Shown here: piece by piece, positions 48,891-61,755 of the stretch
How positions within the stretch are numbered: position 1 is the stretch's first letter
Layout: every line of letters starts with the position of its first letter
DNA from: Macrostomum lignano
Lineage: Eukaryota
Assembly: GCA_002269645.1 (NCBI GenBank)
Contig: NIVC01003009.1
Coordinates: 29,433-93,432, forward strand
DNA: 64,000 nucleotides
Reading direction: 5' to 3'
Program-made: the position numbers and the translations under genes
The notes under the pieces: model-generated
What the model was told of the DNA's origin: nothing
Seen by the model: only the letters and a program-made list of their open reading frames with translations
Databases searched by the model: none

Positions 48891-50064
48891 TCATCCTTCA
48901 GTGAGAGATGTTAATTGCAGAAAGTATAACACTTAAATTAAATGGCATTTAGCTTGGTAAAATCAGGGTGCCAAATGTGACGTCCCAATTCAGGATAAAG
49001 TTCATGCGTCATGATCCACACGATATGACATAAAAAACCAGTATTGGCATGCATCCCAGGCAGATGAGCAGTTCAAATAGAAACAGACAGCTTAAGAATT
49101 CCAGATCATCAGCATTTTTTTATTTCTACGCATTTCTACCGGCCGCAGCTACATAAAATTTGAGCACAGGCAAGATTAAAAAAGCTCGCATATTATAAGC
49201 AGCTATTAGAACTCGTGTTTTATCCTCCATTTTCTGACAAAAATTTCAAAACAAAAAATGACGCGTGCCGAAAGTTAATGAATTTTATAGATGGTAGGGA
49301 TTAGTTAAATTGGGATTATGCCTTGTGGGAATAAATTGTATATATAACTGTAGATAAGCACAGACTAGTCTAGTAAACTATATAATATTATAAAGCTATA
49401 AGGAGCGGGTGAGGACAACTAGGATAGGGGAATCAAGTTAAGGATGCGGCACAGTACAAAGCGTATATATTGATAGAATATAGTTACTTTCTGCCAGGCC
49501 AGGAAATGAGGAAAACGGCAACGGCTTGGGGGGAGTAAGGAGGGTAAGGGGAAGAAAGAGATAGCAAGGATAACGCGGAGACCTCTGTAGGATAGAAGTG
49601 GACCAGAATCAAGTATAAGATTGTTAATTTATTTTTTATAAAACCAGATCTCTCTGTCTAAGCTTCAACAGAATCAGTTTTCACTTCTAAACATACGAGT
49701 AGATGGTGTTGTCATCTAGCTGTAATCAATTTTGTGTAAATGCGCTTCCGATTCAATAGTATTCAGAGGTACTTGAAAAAGAGGCAATGGGATTTCTGAA
49801 CTTCCCGGCTAGAAAAAACGCGATACTTTTATAACCTTCATACAGACAGTACGCGCTGACATCACAGATACCCAAGTGCATTTTTGTCAGCTGGTCTGTC
49901 CACCCCTCACATGCACATACATTTAGCTCCCCATCTGCACTCTCCATACACGGAATCACCCTAATAGTCAGGCATTTAGGGCCCCCACACAAAATTTCTG
50001 CTTCTATGCGGCCTTCTGAAACTCTTTCAAGCCCAATTTATTTTAGCTATCGTTTCAACAATCA

Positions 50065-52010
50065 GAGCTGGTCATGCAGGGCTCAGTGAGAATGACTCTC
50101 AGCTGGTCATGCAGGGCTCAGTGAGAATGACTCTCAGCTGGTCATGCAGGGCTCAGTGAGAATGACTCTCAGCTGGTCATGCAGGGCTCAGTGAGAGTCA
50201 TGCAGGGCTCAGTGAGAGTCATGCAGGGCTCAGTGAGAGTCATGCAGGGCTCAGTGAGAGTCATGCAGGGCTCAGTGAGAATGACTCTCAGCTGGTCATG
50301 CAGGGCTCAGTGAGAGTCATGCAGGGCTCAGTGAGAATGACTCAGCTGGTCATGCAGGGCTCAATGAGAATGACTTTCAGCTGGTCATGCAGGGCTCAGT
50401 GATAATGACTCATCTGGACATTCAGGGCTCAGTGAGAATGACTCATCTGGACATGCAGGGCTCAGTGATAATGACTCATCTGGTCATGCAGGGCTCAGTG
50501 AGAATGACTCTCAGCTGGTCATGCAGGGCTCAGTGATAATGACTCATCTGGTCATGCAGGGCTCAGTGATAATGGCTCATCTGGTCATGCAGGGCTCAGT
50601 GAGAATGACTCATCTGGACATGCAGGGCTCAGTGAGAATGGCTCATCTGGTCATGCAGGGCTCAGTGAGAATGGCTCTCAGCTGGTCATGCAGGGCTCAG
50701 TGAGAATGGCTCATCTGGTCATGCAGGGCTCAGTGATAATGACTCATCTGGTCATGCAGGGCTCAGTGATAATGACTCATCTGGTCATGCAGGGCTCAGT
50801 GATAATGACTCATCTGGTCATGCAGGGCTCAGTGATAATGACTCATCTGGTCATGCAGGGCTCAGTGATAATGGCTCATCTGGTCATGCAGGGCTCAGTG
50901 AGAATGACTCATCTGGACATGCAGGGCTCAGTGAGAATGGCTCATCTGGTCATGCAGGGCTCAGTGAGAATGGCTCTCAGCTGGTCATGCAGGGCTCAGT
51001 GAGAATGGCTCATCTGGTCATGCAGGGCTCAGTGATAATGACTCATCTGGTCATGCAGGGCTCAGTGATAATGACTCATCTGGTCATGCAGGGCTCAGTG
51101 ATAATGACTCATCTGGTCATGCAGGGCTCAGTGAGAATGACTCATCTGGTCATGCAGGGCTCAGTGAGAATGACTCTCAGCTGGTCATGCAGGGCTCAGT
51201 GAGAATGACTCTCAGCTGGTCATGCAGGGCTCAGTGAGAATGACTCTCAGCTGGTCATGCAGGGCTCAGTGAGAATGACTCATCTGGTCATGCAGGGCTC
51301 AGTGAGAATGGCTTAGCTGGTCATGCAGGGCTCAGTGAGAATGACTTATCTGGTCATGCAGGGCTCAGTGATAATGACTCATCTGGTCATGCAGGGCTCA
51401 GTGATAATGACTCATCTGGTCATGCAGGGCTCAGTGAGAATGACTCATCTGGTCATGCAGGGCTCAGTGAGAATGACTCTCAGCTGGTCATGCAGGGCTC
51501 AGTGAGAATGACTCTCAGCTGGTCATGCAGGGCTCAGTGAGAATGACTCTCAGCTGGTCATGCAGGGCTCAGTGAGAATGACTCTCAGCTGGTCATGCAG
51601 GGCTCAGTGAGAATGACTCATCTGGTCATGCAGGGCTCAGTGAGAATGGCTTAGCTGGTCATGCAGGGCTCAGTGAGAATGACTTATCTGGTCATGCAGG
51701 GCTCAGTGATAATGACTCATCTGGTCATGCAGGGCTCAGTGATAATGACTCATCTGGTCATGCAGGGCTCAGTGAGAATGACTCATCTGGTCATGCAGGG
51801 CTCAGTGAGAATGACTCTCAGCTGGTCATGCAGGGCTCAGTGAGAATGACTCTCAGCTGGTCATGCAGGGCTCAGTGAGAATGACTCTCAGCTGGTCATG
51901 CAGGGCTCAGTGAGAATGACTCATCTGGTCATGCAGGGCTCAGTGAGAATGGCTTAGCTGGTCATGCAGGGCTCAGTGAGAATGACTTATCTGGTGATGC
52001 AGGGCTAAGT
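50065..52010. repeat. 33/35-bp minisatellite (ctggtcatgcagggctcagtgakaatgactcat / ..ctctcag)
   Basis: Direct reading; 338-bp higher-order block (51323/51661). Confidence 0.95.
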
Positions 52011-52150
52011 GAGAAGCTACAATATCTGTCATTAAAGATTCACAAGCCACCAAAGCCGACATCAAGCCGGCATGCATACATTGCCCAACATCTAAGTGGT
52101 ACAAATTAGAAAGCGTATCACTAATAGTAAATAGCTCGTATCGCCATTTT

Positions 52151-52500
52151 CATATCGAGCCTCCAACTAGGGAACCGCAGGGTTAGTTGTGAAATATGCG
52201 CACTGAATACTCGTGAAATTCATATCGAGCCTCCAACAAGGGAACCGCAGGGTTAGTTGTGAAATATGCGCACTGAATACTCGTGAAATTCATATCGAGC
52301 CTCCAACAAGGGAACCGCAGGGTTAGTTGTGAAATATGCGCACTGAATACTCGTGAAATTCATATCGAGCCTCCAACAAGGGAACCGCAGGGTTAGTTGT
52401 GAAATATGCGCACTGAATACTCGTGAAATTCATATCGAGCCTCCAACAAGGGAACCGCAGGGTTAGTTGTGAAATATGCGCACTGAATACTCGTGAAAAT
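52151..52500. repeat. 70-bp tandem repeat, 5 copies
   Basis: cactgaatac recurs at 52201, 52271, 52341, 52411 and 52481; no spacers. Confidence 0.95.
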
Positions 52501-52936
52501 TTCGTCGCGCAATTGGCTTCAAATTGGCCCTACACTTAAAGAGCTGCGCCCAGAGCATTTGCAGAAAATCTGTCTGCTTTTAAAACCGCCAGAAGACGGA
52601 TGGCATGATTTCACGATTAACGTGCCATGTCCGCTTTCGTTGGAAAGCTGCTTATTTTCCTATAGGTTAAAGTGGCACTGTCTATGGCAATCATCACAGA
52701 TCAAGAATTATAAGACCAGGACCAAGTGTACATCTGTGTGTAGTAGAAACAAATTATTAGTATATGAAGTAGCTAACAAATTTTTATCTTATACTCGTAC
52801 GTAGTATACTATAACACGAACGTAGATCATGCTTTCTGTATTGATAACACCAACGCAAAAAGCATTGGTTTTTAGGAAACTTCTAAAAACTTCAAAACTT
52901 CATTTTTTCAACACAAAAGCCGCTCATCCTACCATG

Positions 52937-53950
52937 GTCAGTTAGGATGAACCATGTGCCAGCTAGCAAAGCAAGCACCCAAGCACAATGCAGGAACTCC
53001 TCGAAAAGCGACACAAACAGTCACTGTTAACAGGACATGTTCTTTTCACCACGCCATGCTGATAGCACATTCAGCAGCGCTTGCGTGGGCGGCTTTGAGC
53101 TTCTTGTATTGGCGCCTTAGTCGGCAAATGAGCGCTCGCACCTGCTGCCGCTCCGGCACCCGCACCTGCTGCCGCTCCGGCACCCGCACCTGCTGCCGCT
53201 CCGGCAACCGCACCTGCTGCCGCTCCGGCAACCGCACCTGCTCCCGCTCCGGCACCCGCACCTGCTGCCGCTCCGGCACCCGCACCTGCTGCCGCTCCGG
53301 CACTCGCACCTGCTGCCGCTTCGGCGTCCAAAACAACTCTACGATGCCGGCTCCGCCTAGCATCACCGCTATCCTCAACCAATATCTTAATAGCCTGCCT
53401 CAAGAACTGCAGAAAAGTTTTGCTGCCACCTGCCTGTTGGCAGACAATCCAAGCATTGCAAACGAGCAGCATGATCAGGTGAAATTCGAGTTTGTGGAAC
53501 CACTGTATGCTTTTTCGATTGGCCAAGTACGGGTGTAGAGCGGAATCAATGTTGACGCCACCCATGCTGTTAGAGTACGAGAGCACGCTAGTCGGTTTGG
53601 GGACGATCCGCCTAGATTCGGCAGATCCGGCGGTGTCCAATACGAAAACAGTCTTGATGCCACTCTGCTCCCTGTCAACAAACTTGCAGGCAAGCACATT
53701 TCCAGAGCGTGCAAAGGCGGAAGAAGTTGGCTGCAGATTTACAGCCTGCAGCAGGTTTGGGATGCCGCGGTTTTTGCGCACTGCGCCAGTGAGAAGAACA
53801 TCCCGTTGCAGCAACCCACGTAGCAAGTCTGTTTCGGTTAAGCGGCTTTACTACATACGGGTATACTCGTGGAGCTAGCTGCCGTCTGGAACGGGGGACA
53901 CCATGCACTGAGCACGAAACCGCGCCAGCCAGCCGTCGGCAAAGGGTGTG
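52937..53950 (-). pseudogene. Degenerate piggyBac transposase fragment (C-terminal catalytic region and Cys-rich domain)
   Basis: GAVRKNR, KPTSVLSYSNSMGGVNID, RKSIQWFHKLEFHL..NAWI; a downstream frameshifted RC*MC and PALCLGACFASWH; stops upstream of 53826; no TTAA/TIR recognised. Confidence 0.85.
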
Positions 53951-54067
53951 ACGCATTTTTTGGTACGCCGCGTAGAGGTTTTAAAGCCAAAAATTTCTAG
54001 ACTCGTAAATGTGGTTTATATGCCACGAGAATACTCTGCTTTTAAAATGGCCACCACACGTCTAGGG

Positions 54068-56970
54068 CTGCTCAGTGCTCATGCTGGCCCGCTTCTCACA
54101 CAGTCCCTCAGTGCTCATGCTGTCCCCCTCCTTCTCACACAGTCCCTCAGTGCTCATGCTGTCCCCTCCTTCTCACACAGTCCCTCAGTGCTCATGCTGT
54201 CCCCTCCTTCTCACACAGTCCCTCAGTGCTCATGCTGTCCCCCTCCTTCTCACACAGTCCCTCAGTGCTCATGCTGCCCCCCTCCTTCTCACACAGTCCC
54301 TCAGTGCTCATGCTGTCCCCTCCTTCTCACACAGTCCCTCAGTGCTCATGCTGTCTCCCTTTCTCACACAGTCCCTCAGTGCTCATGCTGTCCCCCTTTC
54401 TCACACAGTCCCTCAGTGCTCATGCTGTCCCCTTTCTCACACAGTCCCTCAGTGCTCATGCTGTCCCCCTTTCTCACACAGTCCCTCAGTGCTCATGCTG
54501 TCCCCTCCTTCTCACACAGTCCCTCAGTGCTCATGCTGTCCCCCTTTCTCACACAGTCCCTCAGTGCTCATGCTGTCCCCCTTTCTCACACAGTCCCTCA
54601 GTGCTCATGCTGTCCCCCTTTCTCACACAGTCCCTCAGTGCTCATGCTGTCCCCCTCCTTCTCACACAGTCCCTCAGTGCTCATGCTGTCCCCTCCTTCT
54701 CACACAGTCCCTCAGTGCTCATGCTGTCCCCTCCTTCTCACACAGTCCCTCAGTGCTCATGCTGTCCCCCTTTCTCACACAGTCCCTCAGTGCTCATGCT
54801 GTCCCCCTTTCTCACACAGTCCCTCAGTGCTCATGCTGTCCGGCCTGTCCCCTCCTTCTCACACAGTCCCTCAGTGCTCATGCTGTCCCCTCCTTCTCAC
54901 ACAGTCCCTCAGTGCTCATGCTGTCCCCCTTTCTCACACAGTCCCTCAGTGCTCATGCTGCCCCCCTCCTTCTCACACAGTCCCTCAGTGCTCATGCTGT
55001 CCCCCTCCTTCTCACACAGTCCCTCAGTGCTCATGCTGTCCCCTCCTTCTCACACAGTCCCTCAGTGCTCATGCTGTCCCCTCCTTCTCACACAGTCCCT
55101 CAGTGCTCATGCTGTCCCCCTTTCTCACACAGTCCCTCAGTGCTCATGCTGTCCCCCTTTCTCACACAGTCCCTCAGTGCTCATGCTGTCCGGCCTGTCC
55201 CCTCCTTCTCACACAGTCCCTCAGTGCTCATGCTGTCCCCTCCTTCTCACACAGTCCCTCAGTGCTCATGCTGTCCCCTTTCTCACACAGTCCCTCAGTG
55301 CTCATGCTGCCCCCTCCTTCTCACACAGTCCCTCAGTGCTCATGCTGTCCCCCTTTCTCACACAGTCCCTCAGTGCTCATGCTGTCCCCCTTTCTCACAC
55401 AGTCCCTCAGTGCTCATGCTGTCCCCTCCTTCTCACACAGTCCCTCAGTGCTCATGCTGTCCCCCTTTCTCACACAGTCCCTCAGTGCTCATGCTGTCCC
55501 CTTTCTCACACAGTCCCTCAGTGCTCATGCTGTCCCCTCCTTCTCACACAGTCCCTCAGTGCTCATGCTGTCCCCCTCCTTCTCACACAGTCCCTCAGTG
55601 CTCATGCTGTCCCCTCCTTCTCACACAGTCCCTCAGTGCTCATGCTGTCCCCTCCTTCTCACACAGTCCCTCAGTGCTCATGCTGTCCCCCTTCTCACAC
55701 AGTCCCTCAGTGCTCATGCTGCCCCCTCCTTCTCACACAGTCCCTCAGTGCTCATGCTGTCCCCCTTTCTCACACAGTCCCTCAGTGCTCATGCTGTCCC
55801 CCTTTCTCACACAGTCCCTCAGTGCTCATGCTGTCCCCCTTTCTCACACAGTCCCTCAGTGCTCATGCTGTCCCCCTTTCTCACACAGTCCCTCAGTGCT
55901 CATGCTGTCCCCCTTTCTCACACAGTCCCTCAGTGCTCATGCTGTCCCCTCCTTCTCACACAGTCCCTCAGTGCTCATGCTGTCCCCCTCCTTCTCACAC
56001 AGTCCCTCAGTGCTCATGCTGTCCCCTCCTTCTCACACAGTCCCTCAGTGCTCATGCTGTCCCCTCCTTCTCACACAGTCCCTCAGTGCTCATGCTGTCC
56101 CCCTTTCTCACACAGTCCCTCAGTGCTCATGCTGCCCCCTCCTTCTCACACAGTCCCTCAGTGCTCATGCTGTCCCCTCCTTCTCACACAGTCCCTCAGT
56201 GCTCATGCTGTCCCCCTTTCTCACACAGTCCCTCAGTGCTCATGCTGTCCGGCCTGTCCCCTCCTTCTCACACAGTCCCTCAGTGCTCATGCTGTCCCCT
56301 TTCTCACACAGTCCCTCAGTGCTCATGCTGTCCCCCTTTCTCACACAGTCCCTCAGTGCTCATGCTGCCCCCCTCCTTCTCACACAGTCCCTCAGTGCTC
56401 ATGCTGTCCCCCTTTCTCACACAGTCCCTCAGTGCTCATGCTGTCCCCCTTTCTCACACAGTCCCTCAGTGCTCATGCTGTCCCCTCCTTCTCACACAGT
56501 CCCTCAGTGCTCATGCTGTCCCCCTTTCTCACACAGTCCCTCAGTGCTCATGCTGTCCCCCTTTCTCACACAGTCCCTCAGTGCTCATGCTGTCCCCCTT
56601 TCTCACACAGTCCCTCAGTGCTCATGCTGTCCCCCTCCTTCTCACACAGTCCCTCAGTGCTCATGCTGTCCCCTCCTTCTCACACAGTCCCTCAGTGCTC
56701 ATGCTGTCCCCCTCCTTCTCACACAGTCCCTCAGTGCTCATGCTGTCCCCTCCTTCTCACACAGTCCCTCAGTGCTCATGCTGTCCCCCTTTCTCACACA
56801 GTCCCTCAGTGCTCATGCTGTCCCCCTTTCTCACACAGTCCCTCAGTGCTCATGCTGTCCCCCTTTCTCACACAGTCCCTCAGTGCTCATGCTGTCCCCC
56901 TCCTTCTCACACAGTCCCTCAGTGCTCATGCTGTCCCCTCCTTCTCACACAGTCCCTCAGTACTCATGCT
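54068..56970. repeat. 37-40-bp minisatellite (ttctcacacagtccctcagtgctcatgctgtccccctcc)
   Basis: Direct reading; source of spurious 900-1000 aa ORFs. Confidence 0.95.
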
Positions 56971-58002
56971 GCTAGCTGACTTCCGTATGCCTCACTTCAG
57001 ATTCAAATTGGCATAAATTGAACAGCTAAATATGGAGAAAAAACAGGCACAAATCTGAGAAGCCATTCTCAATTGGTTAACAACAGGCGACAGCGGCCCA
57101 GTGCTTTGCAGCAATATCAATATTATTGGCATTAGCATTATGTATTATTATAATTGTACATGCAGACGCGCACCTCAAGCACCAAAATCAAGTTTACGGC
57201 AGACTTGCCTGCCGTAACTTAAATATTATATATATATATATAACAAAGGAGGATACACAGGGAAGTGCGCAGGATTATGCGACTAAGCTAAATATAAATA
57301 CATGGATACATATTTGTAATATGCTGAAGCCTACGTATTTGTACAATACGCGCTACCGCTACTAGAAGTACAATGGTTAGTAGAATAGCTTCGAAACTTA
57401 TAGTATGAACTACTAAGTGAAACAAGCCAGAAATGCTGCACACAAATACACTACTAGCACTACTGAATTTAGTAGCAGATAAGTAAGTATACGTCAGAAA
57501 AATAACAAATTCGACAACCTCAACAAAATAAACGGTCCGTTTGCCACACTTCAAAACAGGCGGAAAGAGAGAGAAGTGAAATGAAAATAAAATAAGATTA
57601 AACGCTTCAGTTTGTAAATCGCTACTGTTAGTAGCTTGAATGAATGCATTGCAAAATAATACAAAAAATTCTACTGCTAGAAAAGAAGCTGTGCCACTAC
57701 TTACGTAGCCTACTAGCAGTAGAAATGTAAGCAAATGCAAACTGAAATTTTGTGTCCATCGAGAATAAATTAGTGCGCACAAATACCAACTGTTTATTAG
57801 TTTGAAAGTAAAATAGAAGCATTTAACTGACAGCTGTTCAAAAATGACACCGAGCGATCAAAAATAAAAAGCAAATACTAAAATTTTATTATTGAAAATT
57901 GTTTAGCACCAAACAGCTTATCGTAACGAGTTGATTTATTAGTATAGCTACAGTTAGTAAGCAATAAACAGCAGCCTTACAACCTTTGCTTCACTGACAG
58001 GG

Positions 58003-58170
58003 TGATCAAATTTAACCTACGTGTCAATCACTGACAGAATGACAGCCAATCAAATTTAACCTACGTGTCAATCACTGACAGAATGACAGCCAATCAAATT
58101 TAACCTACCTGTCAATCACTGACAGAGTGACAGCCAATCAAATTAACCTACCTGTCAATCACTGACAGGA
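58003..58170. repeat. 44-bp tandem repeat, about 4 copies, containing CTGTCAATCA and AGCCAATCA motifs
   Basis: Period 44 (58021/58065). Confidence 0.9.
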
Positions 58171-58268
58171 TGAAAATCAATAAATCATTACTAAATCGCA
58201 TGCTCGCAAAAGAGTTGAAAAATAAAAATAGCCGATAATCAATCATTAAGGTGAACCAGTCAATCTGT

Positions 58269-61200
58269 TCAGTCGCTCAGAGTCAGGGTTCCCAGCTGAG
58301 CCAGGACGACCGTCTTCACAGCGGAGCAGTCGGGAGCGATGCAGTACTCCGGACTGTCCAGCTGCTGCACCCGGAACTTGCTGATGGAGTCCAGCAGCCA
58401 GTCTCTGTTCAGCACTACGATGTCACCAGAGGCCGCGATGGCCTGGCAGCGGGCCTCGCTGAACTTCGCGTCGTCCTGGTCGGCCACGGCAACGCTCAGA
58501 CGCCCGGCGGCCTGTCGGCGAGGCAGCGACTCCGGGCTGGCGGCGAACTGGCCGCCGCACTGCTGCACCAGAGTCTGCAGGGCGAAGCTCGGCATGTTGA
58601 CGAAGTCGCCGACAGGAGCGATGCAGAACTGCTCCAGCAGCCGGGACGGACCGGGGCAGCGGTCGCGGCCGCTGCGGCTCCTGGCCGGGCCCAGGTGGTT
58701 CACGCCGCACGACAGGTCGCCCTGGATCTCGAAGTCCGACTCCGGCAGCAGCGAGCCGGCGGCCAGCGACTCCGACACCCAGTCGAAGCTCAGCAGCCAC
58801 GCGCCGGACACGAGCGCCTGCGGGAAAGCGGGAAAGCGGCAGAGCTTTGCTCGCACTGTCTACGAGTATCAAGAGCCCTGAATTCATGGCGATGGCTGTT
58901 GAATTGAAATCGGTACCCAGGCCAAGAAGGGTCCGAGTCACTCGCGTCGCCCCAGAGTCGTTCCGGGTAACACAGGTAAAATAGGAAAGAAGTGAGACGT
59001 CCACGAGACGTCAGGGCACCACAGGTCGCCAAAAAGTCGTTAACCATAGTCGTTTCAGAGTCGCAGACAATAAAGCGCTCAAAATTGACTCTTTGACTTT
59101 TGTAACTCAGGTGTTGCACTTTTGCAACACAGTCGCCTCTCGTGTTGCAGTCGTTTGAGTAGTTTACGAGCTATATACAGATTTTTTGTTGAATTCCTTC
59201 AAGAAATTGGACCCTGTGCTAAACGTCCTTTTAGCTTATACTGCTCGCGTTTCTTAGTTGCGCCCGCCGCCCAGTTAATTAGCTTACCTGAAAATACTTG
59301 AGCGTTCTCTCGCTGACCCTAGCAACCGAGCTCTCCCTGATGACCACGTGAGTGGTGTGACAGTTCGGGTCGAACTGGAAGCGGGTCTGATAGGCGCACC
59401 GATCGGAGTGCAGTTCGCACAGGCGTCTCAGCTCGGCCACCTGGCCGGGGTCCAGGCCGCTGCTGGTCACGTGGGCTGTCTGCGACATCGGCTGCTGGGG
59501 CCCCGACGCCTCCTTTAACTTGTCCGATGCTGACGCCATCGGTGGCAGCATCCGGCCTGTGAGCACGCGGAACGAGTCGCTGGCGAATTCCGGCATGCCG
59601 GCCAGCACGGCGTCGATGTTGTCGGGCGAGGCCTCCGCCGGCTCGTCCTCCTGCTTGCATCGACGCGTTGGCTGCCTGCGACGCTTCAAAGCCGTCGCCT
59701 GCTGCTGCTGTGGCGGCTGCTTCTGCGGTCGACGCGACAGACGAAAAATGGCTGTGCTGCGACGCGGCTGCCGCGCGTGAGCACCACGGGGCCGGCGTCG
59801 GCCACGGGATCGGCGTTATCAACGGTAGACGTTGTCTGCATGTGCCGGCTCAGCCGGCGAACGGCCGCTTTAATCGCTTCATTGTGGCCTTCCAGCCGCC
59901 TCGGATTGGCGCGCATCCAACTGCCGAAGTTGAGGTCGACGCAGGATCGGCTTGGCCGTTGTCGGCCTCTTCAGCGAATAGATCCAGCTCCTCCTCGTCA
60001 TCGTTGTTTTCGTCGTCCGTGACGTCGATATCGAGATCGACATTGGAATTTTGCGCTACTGGCGGCTCTTCCAAAACTAAGCGACGCTTCCGGCCGCTGC
60101 CGCTGTTGACATTGCTGGCCGAGGCGGCGGAAGCAGCAAATTTAACCACCTTCTCAGGCTTGGCTCTTGGTTCAGCCTCTTCTTCTTTATCTGCAGCCTT
60201 TGAATTTGCCGCATCAGCCGGTGCCAAGTTGTCTTGCTGAGCTCTAAGAAATATTCGCGTTTAAAGAATATCAACGATTAGCAATACCCAAAGGGGGGCA
60301 ACCGTGCTAGTCCTATATACTAAAAAATTAGCACTGCCAGAGGCACCCAAAATAGGCAATATGCTAGTCTTCTTATATACGCATACTCGTATTAATTTTC
60401 GACACTGAAAAGTGGCACGTACCCCTGTTGAGCGGGAGCACTGTGCCGCCTGTTGTTCTCGGCGGCTTGTTGCTTGTCGTTCGCTTCAGCGGATTTGCAG
60501 CCGCTCTCTTCAATCACAAGAACAAATCGTTCAACCTCGTCCATCTCGCGCAGAAATTTGGCCATCTTCAGTTCGCCTTCATCTTTATTTGAGTTGGCTC
60601 CAACCGGGTGGCTGCGCCTGGCTGACGGTTTGGCCCGCTTTGGCGGTGCGTGGCAGTCTCGAGGCTCAGTACGTACCGCCGCGTCAGCGGAGTGGCGAGA
60701 CGCCCTGGCCAGAGTCTTATTGAATGGCTGCAGAGGCGGCCTAGCACCATCTGACGTGGAGACTACTGCTGTTGATAGTTTTCAGCATCGCCTATATTCG
60801 GATGGCGGGAACCAGTGGCAGATATTGTTGCTTTTGCTGCTGCTGTGGTTGCTTTAGTTTGTTTAGCCTCGACGGCGCCCATGTTGTCAACTGGTTCAGC
60901 TGTCAGCCTGCGCGAGATGGCTGAAATGAGACGCGAGGAAATAGTCAAGTAATAATAGCGAAGTACAAACTGTAGGACTTCCTAAATACTTGTACATGTA
61001 GCCATTGTTATTGGGTTTTTACTGTACCGATTTCTGCAGTTATCACACTTCTGATAGATGTATATGAAAATACAGGATTTTAGCCTAACATGATGGTGTT
61101 TACAATTGTGAATAAAACTACTCTATAAACTGTCTTATCCTTAACAATCACAGCGTGTTAAGTATTGTCACACAACCATCTAGAGGCATTACTGCCAACT

Positions 61201-61755
61201 TCGCCGACTCCCCTGAGCAGGCACAGGCACACAAGCGCGCGGATAAGTACGGATCCTCAGGCATGTACATTCAATGTGCCTTTGGGGGTTGCCCTCAAAG
61301 GGCGTTAATTGCACGAGCAGAGTCAAGCCGAGATTTCAATTTAAACTCCAATTAATGTGACTGCCACTTGGAATCGAGCCTGTGCCGCTGGCCACATGAG
61401 CGCCGCGCTAGGTTGCTGGGCTACGGCCCCCTTATTAAACAAGTAATAATATACACTTCTTCTTGGTACCTCTGGATTTCTTGTCTCAGTGGGAAGAACT
61501 TCGAATTTGTGTTGACGCTTTCTCTATTAAACAACAATAATGGCCCAAGTGTTTTACGAATTCACATTTTAAAATCTTTCCTAGTGAACCTCATTAAGCA
61601 CAGTGGACTGAGTTAATAAGCACGTGCAATATTTCAATCAAACTTACTATTATCGTAACAGTCGATAACGTCCTCAATTAGGGACACAATTTTGCTGATC
61701 TTCTCGCATTGATGATGAGTGCTGCTCATGCCAATAATAGTGACCAACTGCGGGA
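58269..61755 (-). CDS. BRCA1: BRCA1-like tandem-BRCT protein (copy 1); RING exons not found; three inferred 1-nt deletions (assembly errors or pseudogenisation)
   Basis: Exons 61755-61648 (tentative), 60920-60423, 60243-59288 and 58817-58269 are phase-compatible. TSSGL..THVVI..ERTLKYFQ|ALVSGAWLLSFDWV..DFEIQGD..NHLGPARSR..GDFVNMP..LVQQCGG..RDWLLDSI aligns with human BRCA1 BRCT1-2 (VSGL, THVVM, ERTLKYFL, WVVSYFWV, DFEVRGD, NHQGPKRAR, GPFTNMP, REWVLDSV). Frame breaks at ~60780, ~59925 and ~59746. Confidence 0.85.

Noticed and set aside
52020-52930. piggyBac terminal repeat (TTAA-CCC) and the 70-bp repeats as subterminal repeats
   Set aside because: Several TTAA sites but none followed by a recognisable TIR, and no partner end was found.
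53948-57016. 1022-, 966- and 917-aa ORFs
   Set aside because: Open in three frames of a stop-free 37-40-bp satellite; no domain, start context or splice logic.
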